Shown here one piece after another: positions 17,823-27,409 of a DNA stretch of 64,000 bases. How positions within the stretch are numbered: the stretch's first letter is position 1; every line of letters starts with the position of its first letter. The notes beneath the pieces were generated by a model. The model ran no database searches. It was not told the origin of the DNA and saw only the letters and a list, made by a program, of their open reading frames with translations. Origin of the DNA: an uncultured Oscillospiraceae bacterium. GTDB lineage: Bacteria; Bacillota; Clostridia; UMGS1840. A program made the position numbers and the translations under genes. The stretch spans positions 559 through 64,558 of the forward strand of contig CAZHZL010000003.1 in assembly GCA_964537245.1 (NCBI GenBank). Direction: 5' to 3'.

Positions 17823-18984
17823 TTTTCTTATCAGACATTTTATAAAAAATTGCGAAAATACAAATGACGCACATGTTCGCGACAGCTACGGACAATTAAG
17901 CGGAATTGTCGGAATAATTGCCAATGCAATTATATGTACCTTAAAAATAATTACAGGGCTCATTTTTTCGAGCATTGCAATAGTGGCAGACGGTATTAAC
18001 AATCTGTCTGACGCCGCAAATTCTGTAATAACGCTGATTGGCTTCAGACTTTCAGCAAAGCCGGCAGATAAGGACCACCCCTTTGGGCATGCGAGGTACG
18101 AATATATATCTGGGCTTCTTGTCTCGTTTATAATAATTTTAATCGGCTTATCACTTTTAAAAAGCTCGGTTATTAAAATTATTTCACCTGAGACGGCAGA
18201 TTTTGGTATACTTACAGTAGCGGTGCTTATTCTGTCAATAATGGTAAAGCTATGGTTATATTTGTTTAACAAAAAAATATCAAAAGCCATAGATTCTCTT
18301 ACTGTAATGGCAACTGCAAGAGACTGTATAAACGATGTGTTTTCAACATCGGGAGTTCTTATTTCACTTCTTATAGGATACTTTTTTCAAATACAGATTG
18401 ACGGTATTGCAGGAACTGTTATATCACTTTTTGTTATCATTTCGGGTATAGGTCTTGTAAACGATACGCTGAGTCCTTTGCTTGGAGAAGGTCCTAAGGA
18501 AGAGCTTGTAAAAATGCTTGAAAGCGAAATATGTGAGTATCCATCAGTAATAGGCATACACGACCTTGTTGTCCATAACTACGGAAAAAACAAATGCTTT
18601 GCAACCGTTCATGTAGAAGTACCTGCAAAGCAGAGTATTACAAAAAGTCATGACATTGTTGATACAATAGAAAATGAGATACTCCATAAGCACGGTATTC
18701 ATATGGTTATCCATATGGACCCGGTAGAAACAGATAATGTTGAAGTTCTTTTCTTAAAGGATTCAGTTACAAAAAAAATAAAAGAGCTTTCTTCAGAGCT
18801 TTCTATCCATGATTTCAGAGTCGCTTTCGGAGATACACACAACAATATTATATTTGATGTTGTTGTTCCCGTTGATTTTTATTTAAGCGACAATGAAACA
18901 GAAGCAAAAATAGATTCTTTGGTTAAAGAAATAGACAAAAAGAACAATGCAGTTATAAAAATTGATAAAAAATATTACAATTAA
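17815..18984 (+). CDS. Cation diffusion facilitator family transporter
   Basis: Six predicted TM helices with CDF-type metal-site residues (DGINNLSD, HPFGHARYE) plus a C-terminal cytoplasmic domain. The ATG at 17815 overlaps the upstream stop codon (ATGAGTGA). Confidence 0.85.
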   Translation: MSDFLIRHFIKNCENTNDAHVRDSYGQLSGIVGIIANAIICTLKIITGLIFSSIAIVADGINNLSDAANSVITLIGFRLSAKPADKDHPFGHARYEYISGLLVSFIIILIGLSLLKSSVIKIISPETADFGILTVAVLILSIMVKLWLYLFNKKISKAIDSLTVMATARDCINDVFSTSGVLISLLIGYFFQIQIDGIAGTVISLFVIISGIGLVNDTLSPLLGEGPKEELVKMLESEICEYPSVIGIHDLVVHNYGKNKCFATVHVEVPAKQSITKSHDIVDTIENEILHKHGIHMVIHMDPVETDNVEVLFLKDSVTKKIKELSSELSIHDFRVAFGDTHNNIIFDVVVPVDFYLSDNETEAKIDSLVKEIDKKNNAVIKIDKKYYN

Positions 18985-19026
18985 AAAAACAATCGTTCGA
19001 AATTTCGTTTTTTTTAGCATATACAC

Positions 19027-19055
19027 TTGCATTTTGATGATATATATGCTAAAAT
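19027..19055 (+). promoter_or_regulatory. Sigma-A promoter of the 19086-20658 two-gene unit
   Basis: TTGCAT (19027-19032), 17-nt spacer, TAAAAT (19050-19055). Confidence 0.5.
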
Positions 19056-19085
19056 ATAAAAAAGATACAGAAGGGGGAATTAAAA

Positions 19086-20042
19086 ATGACAATAGATACA
19101 AAAATTGCAGGAATTTATATAAGATTCTCAGGTGAACTAAACAACGCATTTATAGAACGCGTTTCTCCTTATATAAATACTATTGATTCTCCCGACTTCA
19201 TAAATGTGGAATACAGCTTAAAATCCGAAATAGCTTTACCTGAAACTTATGCTCTTGTAAAAAAATTAAACGATAGAATCTGGTATTATAATAATAAAGG
19301 CTATTACTGTTATACAGATTATAACGAACAAATCGGAAAGTACACAATGACCACAGCGATAAAAAACAATCATATAATAATTGAAACATATGATTTAAAA
19401 GAGGCTTCCGAAATAGCTAAAATAAACGAAGCTCTCAGAGAATACAAGCTGTCAATGCCAAATCCTAAGGAGCATGCGGAAGCAGAAACAGCGGTATATA
19501 ACCCTGACATGCCGCTTCTCAACTCCACAGACCAGGCACTCAGATATGCCCTTGTACCTCACGGCGTTTTTTCTATTCATTCTTCTGCAATAAGCTACAA
19601 CAACAACGGCATCATTTTTTCTGCTCCGTCGGGAACAGGAAAAAGCACACATACAGCCTTGTGGCAAGAACATATGGAAAATGTTGAAATCCTGAACGAT
19701 GATATGCCACTTTTAAGCATACAAGGAGAGCAGATACTTCTTCACGGTGCGCCATGGGCAGGAACAAGCGGAATAAACAAGAACATATCTGTTCCTCTTA
19801 AAGCCATTGTATTTTTAGAGCAGGCAAAAGAAAATTCAATCGAAAGGCTTATGACGCTTCCGGCGCTTCAGCGTTTACTTCGCGAAATATATATGCCAAA
19901 CGATAAAGAGCTTATCGATAAAACCTACACATTTCTAAATCTTCTTTTGTCAAATATTCCGTGTTATCTTTTAAGATGTCTTCCTGATAAGGATGCAGTT
20001 CTGACTGTAAAAAAACAAGTATTTAATGATAAAGGAGAGTAG
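19086..20042 (+). CDS. HPr-kinase-like P-loop protein (HprK C-terminal-domain-like), function unknown
   Basis: The C-terminal half carries IHSSAISYNNNGIIFSAPSGTGKSTHTALW, LNDDMPLL and HGAPWAGTSG, arranged as in the HprK/P-type P-loop domain. I recognise no motif in the N-terminal ~150 aa. Confidence 0.4.
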   Translation: MTIDTKIAGIYIRFSGELNNAFIERVSPYINTIDSPDFINVEYSLKSEIALPETYALVKKLNDRIWYYNNKGYYCYTDYNEQIGKYTMTTAIKNNHIIIETYDLKEASEIAKINEALREYKLSMPNPKEHAEAETAVYNPDMPLLNSTDQALRYALVPHGVFSIHSSAISYNNNGIIFSAPSGTGKSTHTALWQEHMENVEILNDDMPLLSIQGEQILLHGAPWAGTSGINKNISVPLKAIVFLEQAKENSIERLMTLPALQRLLREIYMPNDKELIDKTYTFLNLLLSNIPCYLLRCLPDKDAVLTVKKQVFNDKGE

Positions 20043-20046
20043 GCCT

Positions 20047-20658
20047 ATGCAATTTGCTATTATATCACAAGTAATAATGTTTCTTACAAACCTGTCCATT
20101 GTAATTAATAACAGAATGGCACTTGAATTTTATAAAATTTATTATATGTCGATACCTGTAGTTCTTTATACTCTGCTTTTTGTAATATTCTATATTTTTC
20201 AATGGAAAATGCAGCTCGAAGATGAAGAATATTCCGTAGGCACTGCCATTACAACAGTTGCGATACTGATTAATCTTTTTTACTGCGTTATAGAAACAGT
20301 AATCGAACAACCTGAAAATCCATGGCTTTTCTTTATATGTACGGTTTTTATACAGCTTGTAAATATACTTTTCATATTCAATATTATAAGAAAATCGGCA
20401 ACAGAGGTTACCACCCCTGCAGGAGCTGTTGTTTTACAGATATTTAATTATATAACGCTTTTTGGTGCGATTTACTCTATGTATGCGGCAGTTTTTACAA
20501 ATATTTTGCTTACAGCAATCGTAATGATTGTTACAGCAGCACTTTCTGCGCTTACAATGGTAATATACCATCTCGCAATAAAAAATCAGATTCGTTATGA
20601 AATGGAGCATTTCATAAACGACGATGACGAAATTTATCTTGAAGAAGACTACGAATAA
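20047..20658 (+). CDS. Polytopic membrane protein (about 6 TM helices) with an acidic C-terminal tail, function unknown
   Basis: Hydrophobic segments run throughout, and the tail reads NDDDEIYLEEDYE. RBS AAAGGAGAG lies 7 nt before ATG 20047, 4 nt after the upstream stop. Confidence 0.5.
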   Translation: MQFAIISQVIMFLTNLSIVINNRMALEFYKIYYMSIPVVLYTLLFVIFYIFQWKMQLEDEEYSVGTAITTVAILINLFYCVIETVIEQPENPWLFFICTVFIQLVNILFIFNIIRKSATEVTTPAGAVVLQIFNYITLFGAIYSMYAAVFTNILLTAIVMIVTAALSALTMVIYHLAIKNQIRYEMEHFINDDDEIYLEEDYE

Positions 20659-20688
20659 AAAAATGAGCAAAATGCTCATTTTTTTTAT
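20657..20688. terminator. Bidirectional terminator (membrane-protein gene / polA)
   Basis: AAAAAAATGAGCA-AAA-TGCTCATTTTTTTT. Confidence 0.75.
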
Positions 20689-20691
20689 TCT

Positions 20692-23184
20692 TTATTTACA
20701 ATCGTCTAAATTTTCGCCTTCTCCCAAAGAAACTGTAAGCGGTACCTTTAAGCTCACAGCTTTTTCCATTTCTTCTCTTAAAAGCTTTTCAACAATTTCT
20801 TTTTCTTCTTTCATACAATCTATTATAAGCTCGTCGTGTATCTGAAGAACAAGCTTCGATTTCAGATTTTTCTCTTTAATCGCTTTATCAACATTTATCA
20901 TCGCAAGCTTAATAATATCTGCGGCTGTTCCCTGAATAGGACTGTTGAGCGCTGCACGCTCCCCTGCCGCCTTAAGCATACCTTTCGCTTTAAGCTCGGG
21001 AAAATATCGTCTTCTGCCATATTCTGTGGCTGTATAGCCTCGTTCTTCAGCTTCCGAAACAACATTTTTCATGTATTCCTTTACTTTAGGATATTTACCG
21101 AAATATCTGTCAATATAGCTTGTAGCTTCTTTTCTTGTTACCTTTAAATCCTTCGCCAGTGAAAAAGCGCCTTTTCCGTAAATAAGTCCGAAATTAATTG
21201 CTTTTGCAGCACGACGCATATTAGGTGTTACCATCTGTGTATCAAAAATATTTTCTGCTGTCGCGGTATGAATATCAAAATCGTTTTTAAATGCGCTTAT
21301 TAAATTTTCATCACCGCATATATCAGCCAGAACTCTCAGCTCAATCTGAGAATAGTCTGCTGCAACAAAGAAATCGTTTTTTGCAATAACTGCGCTCCTT
21401 ATCATTCTTCCTTCCTCGGTACGAACGGGAATATTCTGCAAATTCGGCTCCGTAGAGCTCAATCTTCCCGTTTGAGTGAGTGTCTGATTAAAGGTTGTAT
21501 GAATAAGGTCATTTTCATCCATAGCCGCCTTAAATCCCTCTATATATGTTGAAACAAGCTTCGTAACAGTTCTGTATTCCTTTATATATTCAATTATATC
21601 ATGTGTGCCTGTAAGCTCTTCAAGCACCTCTGCATTAGTTGAATAGCCTGTTTTTGTCTTTTTTATAACAGGAAGCCCTAGCTTTACAAAAAGAATTTCG
21701 CCAAGCTGCTTAGGTGATAAAACATTAAATTCTTCACCTGCAAGGATATAAATTTTCTTTAAAAGCTCGTCTGTTTTCTTCACAAATTCACTGTCAAGCA
21801 TTTCAAGCTTTTTGACATCTATCTTCACGCCCTGACATTCCATATCGTATAATATACCTATAAGCTTATGCTCCATATCATTTATAACTGTCAGGTTATT
21901 TTCTTTTATTTCCTTTGATAATGCGCCATAAAGCTCGCTCATAAAAAAGCAGGCTTCATCAAGCTTCTCTACATCTTTATCAATATATTTCGGAAAAAAT
22001 TTCAAGAAATCATTGAAGGTATTTTTAGGGTCACACACATATGCCATAATCCCGATATCACAAAATTCGCCTTTGATTTCATATCCCTTATGAAGCTGTG
22101 TTTTTATATCAACACCGATTTTAGTTATATTCTCGTTTTTCAGAATATCAGAAAACTTTTTATTATCCGAATTGATTTTATATGCCTTATCGTTACAGTT
22201 TACATATATATCCGTATCCGAAATAATATAATATACCTCTTTTATTTCATCGCTGTCAGATAAAAATTCTTCTTCTGAAAAAATTACAATATCCGGCTTC
22301 GCTTCCTCTTTTTTCGGACTTCCGAGTGAAAGTCGTTCAAGCATTTTTTCAAATTCAAGATACTTTAAAATCTCTGTCAACGCTTCTGCATTATACTCTT
22401 TTACGCTGTAATCCTCAATTCCCCCCTCTATTTCAAGGTCGCATTTTATTGTTCCGAGAGTTCTTGACAAAAAGGCATTTTCTTTTTCTGAAATAAGCTT
22501 TTTCTGCAAGCTTCCTTTTATATCGTCAATATGCTCATATATATTTTCCAACGAGCCATATTCCTTTATAAGATTAAGACCTGTTACTTCGCCGACCCCT
22601 TTGACCCCCGGGATATTATCTGATTTATCACCCATAAGAGCTTTTAATTCAATCATCTGCGGTGGAGTAAGTCCGTATTTTTCAAAGAGTGCATTTTCGT
22701 CCATCAGATTTGTGTCGGTTTTTCCCATTCTCGTTATAATAAGCTTAACGAAAACGCGGTCGTTAATAAGCTGCAAGTCGTCCTTATCACCTGTCAGAAT
22801 AACACAATCTGTTTCATTTTGTTTGCATTTTTTTGAGATTGAGCCTATTATGTCGTCTGCCTCGTAGCCCGGCATTTCCAATACCGCTATATTCATCGCT
22901 CTTAACACTTTTTTAAGAGGCTCAAACTGCTCCTTTAATTCATCGGGAGTTGCGTGTCTCGTCCCTTTATATTCGCTGAAAATTTCCGTACGGAAGGTTA
23001 TTCTCGAAACATCGAAAGCACACGCAATATAGTCCGGCTGTTCCTCGGAAAGCTCTTTTAAAAGAATATTTAAAAAACCGTAAATTCCGTTAGTATTAAG
23101 CCCATCTGAATTTGTGAGCGGGCGTATCGCATAGAAAGCTCTGTTTAATATACTGTTTGCGTCTATAACTAAAAATTTTGACAT
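20692..23184 (-). CDS. polA: DNA polymerase I
   Basis: 830 aa with an N-terminal 5' nuclease (GDKSDNIPGVKGVGE) and family-A polymerase motifs (DYSQIELRVLA, RRAAKAINFGLIYG, LQIHDELI). Confidence 0.95.
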   Translation of the reverse strand: MSKFLVIDANSILNRAFYAIRPLTNSDGLNTNGIYGFLNILLKELSEEQPDYIACAFDVSRITFRTEIFSEYKGTRHATPDELKEQFEPLKKVLRAMNIAVLEMPGYEADDIIGSISKKCKQNETDCVILTGDKDDLQLINDRVFVKLIITRMGKTDTNLMDENALFEKYGLTPPQMIELKALMGDKSDNIPGVKGVGEVTGLNLIKEYGSLENIYEHIDDIKGSLQKKLISEKENAFLSRTLGTIKCDLEIEGGIEDYSVKEYNAEALTEILKYLEFEKMLERLSLGSPKKEEAKPDIVIFSEEEFLSDSDEIKEVYYIISDTDIYVNCNDKAYKINSDNKKFSDILKNENITKIGVDIKTQLHKGYEIKGEFCDIGIMAYVCDPKNTFNDFLKFFPKYIDKDVEKLDEACFFMSELYGALSKEIKENNLTVINDMEHKLIGILYDMECQGVKIDVKKLEMLDSEFVKKTDELLKKIYILAGEEFNVLSPKQLGEILFVKLGLPVIKKTKTGYSTNAEVLEELTGTHDIIEYIKEYRTVTKLVSTYIEGFKAAMDENDLIHTTFNQTLTQTGRLSSTEPNLQNIPVRTEEGRMIRSAVIAKNDFFVAADYSQIELRVLADICGDENLISAFKNDFDIHTATAENIFDTQMVTPNMRRAAKAINFGLIYGKGAFSLAKDLKVTRKEATSYIDRYFGKYPKVKEYMKNVVSEAEERGYTATEYGRRRYFPELKAKGMLKAAGERAALNSPIQGTAADIIKLAMINVDKAIKEKNLKSKLVLQIHDELIIDCMKEEKEIVEKLLREEMEKAVSLKVPLTVSLGEGENLDDCK

Positions 23185-23200
23185 ATTTTTTATCCTTTCG

Positions 23201-24037
23201 TTACTTTATTGCAAGCTGTCTTTGAGACGAATCAACACCGTCACGGGCGTCATATATATATATCTTATCATTTGTTTTTATCATATATGCAGGAAGTGCC
23301 TGTGAGGTTACTGCATTTTCATAGTCGGAAAGATAACACCCCAGTTTAAGCTGTTCAATTTTAACTTCACTACTGTTTTTATTGTTTCTGCTGAAATTAA
23401 GGAAAATTGTCTCAATATTAGAAAGCTCAAACTCATAACCCGTTTCAATATTTGGAACGTTCAATGTTCCATACATTTTATGAATACCTTTTTGAGAAAT
23501 CACAAATATCAAATCAGATGAAAAAATTTCAAGCCCGTTTATTTCAAAGCTGTAATTCACTGTGATTTTTTCATCATCAGTTTTTATCTCCTCAAGCTTC
23601 GCATATTCCGATACTCCGAGAAGCTTAAGGTATTTTTTCAATATTTTTTCTGCGTTTTTCTCTTTAAGCTTATTAAAATCAGAAAAATCAGGAGATTTAT
23701 TTTCATAAAAAAATTCGTTGTTATCGGTTTTCAAAACAATTTTCTTATCTTTTGAAATATATCTGCCCTTTGAAATTTCATCATAACTCCCTAAAAGCAC
23801 ATCTTTCAATTCGTCCGTAATTTCTGCACTTTTATACTCATGCACAAAAACAGATTTTCTGTTTTTTGCTGAAATATCCTCTGAAATCACAATGTTGTTC
23901 TCTTTCAAAATAGGGCTAAGCTCCTCAAGCTGCACTCTGTTGTTTCCAAAATTGAGATATATATTATATGCTAAAAGACATATATCTATGACGATAAAAA
24001 GCCATATAAGAATAGTCTTTGCTTTTTTCCACTCCAT
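23201..24037 (-). CDS. YycI-like membrane-anchored extracellular protein (WalK-regulator family)
   Basis: 278 aa. The N-terminus MEWKKAKTILIWLFIVIDICLLAYNIY resembles the conserved YycI start (MDW.KTK..FI..FL.LN). There is a single TM helix, and the size matches YycI. Confidence 0.55.
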   Translation of the reverse strand: MEWKKAKTILIWLFIVIDICLLAYNIYLNFGNNRVQLEELSPILKENNIVISEDISAKNRKSVFVHEYKSAEITDELKDVLLGSYDEISKGRYISKDKKIVLKTDNNEFFYENKSPDFSDFNKLKEKNAEKILKKYLKLLGVSEYAKLEEIKTDDEKITVNYSFEINGLEIFSSDLIFVISQKGIHKMYGTLNVPNIETGYEFELSNIETIFLNFSRNNKNSSEVKIEQLKLGCYLSDYENAVTSQALPAYMIKTNDKIYIYDARDGVDSSQRQLAIK

Positions 24038-24052
24038 ATAAACCGCCTTTCA

Positions 24053-25438
24053 CTAAAGATATTCAAACGAGCCGTCTGAAAATTCTATGTACCATTTCTG
24101 AGTTACACTTCCGTTTTTAATGTATACATTTACAGGGTGCAAATCGACTATCTTCAAATCAGCTTTTTTCAAATTAAGACCGATATTATATATTTCATCA
24201 TACGCATTTATAAGCGAGCCGACAGGTATTTCATGTTCACTTTTTGTAATATCCAAAAGAAGCTGTTTATAGTAAATAACATTTCCGTTTTTTACTTTCA
24301 TCACAGCGGCACTTTCTTCCTCCGAATATAAAGACGCACTATCGGTTGCATACGAAAATTCATACTGCGTGAAACCGTCCTCTTCTTTTATTCTTTTTAA
24401 TGTAAGAAAAGCCTCCGTATCGACACATTCCTTATATAGCGTATTAGCAAAAAGCACCGCCCCTGCACTTTCGTCGGGATTTCCCAAAGCTACGCCTGCA
24501 AAGCTTTCACCTACCTCATATGTAAAGCTTCCGTTTTTATAAATCTTCAGCGTCGCATGGCTTTCTATAAAGCTTATCGTATTTTCGTTGTCAGTATATG
24601 AACGCGCAGAATTTTTCTTTATATTGAATTTTTTAAAAATGCTGTCATAAGTATTATCGGCTGCGCTGTATAAAACCTTTGACGCTGAAATATCAAATAT
24701 ACTTCTGTCAGACAAAGTAACAGGAACAAGGCTTTCAACCTGAATTCTTTCCATATCCTCGTTTTTCTTATCAAAATTAAGCTCAAAGCTGAATGAATCG
24801 GACAAAGCGGCTGTTTTTGCTTCAAAGCTCATAAGCTCCGCTATGTTATTACCGTCAAAATCAACAGGTAGTCTGTAATTCTGCTTAGTTTCGTAATCAT
24901 AAAAATACAAATATTTAGTTGAAGAATCGGAAGAAACAGTTATAAATACAGTATTAACGCGTGGAAATTTTAAGATATCAAAAAAATTCTGTTCACATCT
25001 CAAAAAATCTGCCAAAGAAATATACGAACTGAATTTTACTGCAATACCGCTTCCCTTAAATGCGTTTACATAATCGTCGTTATTAACATATGAAATTGTA
25101 CCTGCGCGGGAAATATCGCCTTTTAATGTATTAACAATATCATATGCCCCGTCAAAGTCCTCTTCACCAAGATATTTAACGCTTCTGGAGCCGTTATAAG
25201 ACAAAGAAATCCATTCTATGCTGTAAAAATCATCAGACTGAAGCTCCGTTTTTGTCATATAGCTTCCGCCATAATCATCAGAAGAAAAAGCGCTTTTTCT
25301 TATATTATGAAGAAAAGAACTATAATCTTGCGACCATAATTCTTTCCCACTCCATATACTTGCTGTTAAAAATATTGCTACAAAAACCAATAAATAAAGG
25401 AGCATTGTTTTAAAAAATTCTTTTTTCAAAACGAACAC
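24053..25438 (-). CDS. YycH-like membrane-anchored extracellular protein (WalK-regulator family)
   Basis: About 460 aa. It has an N-terminal TM helix followed by W-rich ...LTASIWSGKELW, as in YycH, and it is immediately upstream of the YycI-like gene. The start is GTG 25438 or TTG 25429. Confidence 0.5.
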   Translation of the reverse strand: MFVLKKEFFKTMLLYLLVFVAIFLTASIWSGKELWSQDYSSFLHNIRKSAFSSDDYGGSYMTKTELQSDDFYSIEWISLSYNGSRSVKYLGEEDFDGAYDIVNTLKGDISRAGTISYVNNDDYVNAFKGSGIAVKFSSYISLADFLRCEQNFFDILKFPRVNTVFITVSSDSSTKYLYFYDYETKQNYRLPVDFDGNNIAELMSFEAKTAALSDSFSFELNFDKKNEDMERIQVESLVPVTLSDRSIFDISASKVLYSAADNTYDSIFKKFNIKKNSARSYTDNENTISFIESHATLKIYKNGSFTYEVGESFAGVALGNPDESAGAVLFANTLYKECVDTEAFLTLKRIKEEDGFTQYEFSYATDSASLYSEEESAAVMKVKNGNVIYYKQLLLDITKSEHEIPVGSLINAYDEIYNIGLNLKKADLKIVDLHPVNVYIKNGSVTQKWYIEFSDGSFEYL

Positions 25439-25450
25439 TCCTTTTACATT

Positions 25451-25915
25451 TTAATTAAACTTAAAAGCATTTAAGCTTGACTTAATCGAAAATAACGAAG
25501 CACTAAGCACATTTATATGCAAAATTACATTCTGATATTCTCCATCTTTTTCTGCTCTTATAATAAGGTTGTTGCTTCCTGAAGTTAATTTCAGAGGAAT
25601 AACAAACATCCCCGAAGCGCCTGCAGTTGTGCTGAGCGCAGCACCGTTCTCATAATAAAGCTTATAAACAGCGTTTGCAGAATCATAATAATATACATAT
25701 ATCTTTGCGCCTGCTTCGGCAAACCCTGAAACTGAACAGGACTTTGAGTATGTCGTGCTGTAAATCTTTTCGGGATTTGTAACGGTTATAAGACTGTTGC
25801 TTGTCCCCGAAGCGTCATACATTCCCACAGTTTCGGGAGCTGCAAAACACAGAGAGGTTATCATTGCAATACACATAATAACTGCAATAAAAGAAACAAA
25901 TATTCTCTTCTTCAT
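25451..25915 (-). CDS. Secreted beta-rich protein of unknown function
   Basis: Signal peptide (MKKRIFVSFIAVIMCIAMITSLCFAAPE) followed by a Ser/Thr/Tyr-rich, probably Ig-like domain. RBS AAAGGAGAGG lies before ATG 25915. Confidence 0.5.
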   Translation of the reverse strand: MKKRIFVSFIAVIMCIAMITSLCFAAPETVGMYDASGTSNSLITVTNPEKIYSTTYSKSCSVSGFAEAGAKIYVYYYDSANAVYKLYYENGAALSTTAGASGMFVIPLKLTSGSNNLIIRAEKDGEYQNVILHINVLSASLFSIKSSLNAFKFN

Positions 25916-25974
25916 TATCACCTCTCCTTTCTTTTTTTGACGCAAAACATCATTTCATCATATTTTCTGTATAC

Positions 25975-26003
25975 ATTATAGCATAAATATTGTTACAAGT
26001 CAA
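25975..26003 (-). promoter_or_regulatory. Sigma-A promoter of the secreted-protein/YycH-like/YycI-like/polA gene string
   Basis: On the minus strand: TTGACT (26003-25998), 17-nt spacer, TATAAT (25980-25975). Confidence 0.55.
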
Positions 26004-26035
26004 TTACAAAACGCTTACAGTTTATGTTTTTTATA

Positions 26036-27307
26036 TTATTTCAAAGAATCATAATATTCCGAAAAATCAATAACAGCATTTTCTTTTCTTGATTTTTCAG
26101 CCGCGAATACTATAAGATGATTGTCACATGATTCTCTTATTTCAGGAACTGAATCACCTTTATATTCTCCGTTCAAATATTCATAAAGCGCATTTACGAT
26201 ACCTGTATCTCCGCCGCCGTGACCGCCCGAAATACCGTCTTTTCCCGACATTGGAATTTCAGTTTTTTCCCTTGTGCCAAAATCAAAAATTTCAATAGGT
26301 GCATTATTTTCAGTTCCTGCGTGTATTTCGCCCTCTGTTCCCATTATATGTATAAATCTTCCGCCTTCGTTGAATGCGTTCATTGTAAAGGTTACTGTTA
26401 TATCGTCCTCAAAAAGCATATTCAAGGTCTGGTGGTCAACAACATCGTTATCGCATTTATAAACACATTTACCGTACTGTGTGGTTCGGAGTGCATTTTC
26501 AACCATTTCATCTGTTGGATAAGCTTCTCTTGTACAGGTTGTTCTGAACCAGTCGTTTTCCTTATCTTCAAGATAAAGCTTTACAGCATTATAATGGCAT
26601 GTATCAGCTTTCGGGCATCCTTCTATACAATAATCAGGAGAGCCCTCAGGAGCATTTTCCTTTCTGAAATAGCTCAGTGTACCAAAGGACTGAATTTTTT
26701 TACATTTCTTTCCGATAAGCCACTGCAATATGTCAGCATCATGACACGATTTCTGAAGAAGCATACACGAGCTTCTTTCTTCATTTCCCCAGTTACCTCT
26801 TACAAAGCTGTGACTCTGGTGAACATTACCCACACATTCTTCGTGGTTTATGGACATAACCTTTCCTATTCTGCCATCTGAAATAAGCTTTTTGAGAGTT
26901 GTGAATAAAGGTGTATATCTGAGAACTGTGCAAACAATTACTTTTACATTGTTCTTTTCAGCACAAAGTGCAATTTCCTTACATTCTTTCGGAACTGTTG
27001 AAACAGGCTTCTCCAAAAGAACATCATATTTTAGCTCACATGCCTTCAGAACAGGGTCATAATGCTGCTTATCCATTGTAGCAATTATACACACATCAGC
27101 TATTTTTCCCAAACTAAAAAGCTCGTTCCAGTCTGAAAAGCACATATTTTCGGGGATATTATGTTTTTCTTTAATATATTCCCTTCTGCTCACAATAGGC
27201 TCGGCAACTGCCACAACCTGAAATTTTTCCGGAAGGTCCGCCATAATATCTGTATATGTCGTTCCTCTGTTTCCGGCACCAATTAAGATTACTTTCAATT
27301 TTTTCAT
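26036..27307 (-). CDS. Gfo/Idh/MocA family oxidoreductase
   Basis: N-terminal Rossmann fold (LKVILIGAGNRGT), EKP motif (LLEKPVS), and 423 aa in length. Confidence 0.85.
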   Translation of the reverse strand: MKKLKVILIGAGNRGTTYTDIMADLPEKFQVVAVAEPIVSRREYIKEKHNIPENMCFSDWNELFSLGKIADVCIIATMDKQHYDPVLKACELKYDVLLEKPVSTVPKECKEIALCAEKNNVKVIVCTVLRYTPLFTTLKKLISDGRIGKVMSINHEECVGNVHQSHSFVRGNWGNEERSSCMLLQKSCHDADILQWLIGKKCKKIQSFGTLSYFRKENAPEGSPDYCIEGCPKADTCHYNAVKLYLEDKENDWFRTTCTREAYPTDEMVENALRTTQYGKCVYKCDNDVVDHQTLNMLFEDDITVTFTMNAFNEGGRFIHIMGTEGEIHAGTENNAPIEIFDFGTREKTEIPMSGKDGISGGHGGGDTGIVNALYEYLNGEYKGDSVPEIRESCDNHLIVFAAEKSRKENAVIDFSEYYDSLK

Positions 27308-27353
27308 AGTTCTTCTACCTCTTTAAAAAATAATCTCTCTTTTTTACGGTTAC

Positions 27354-27382
27354 ATTATACTACTTATTTATATTTTTGTAAA
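27354..27382 (-). promoter_or_regulatory. Putative sigma-A promoter of the Gfo/Idh/MocA gene
   Basis: On the minus strand: TTTACA (27382-27377), 17-nt spacer, TATAAT (27359-27354). Confidence 0.5.
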
Positions 27383-27409
27383 GTTTTTTTAATAAGTTTT
27401 TTTATTTTT

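Noticed and set aside
20692-23184. polA being truncated or a pseudogene because it is shorter (830 aa) than some PolI enzymes.
   Set aside because: The reading frame is uninterrupted, and both the 5' nuclease and polymerase motifs are intact. The shorter middle region fits the degenerate 3'-5' exonuclease domain common in Firmicutes PolI.
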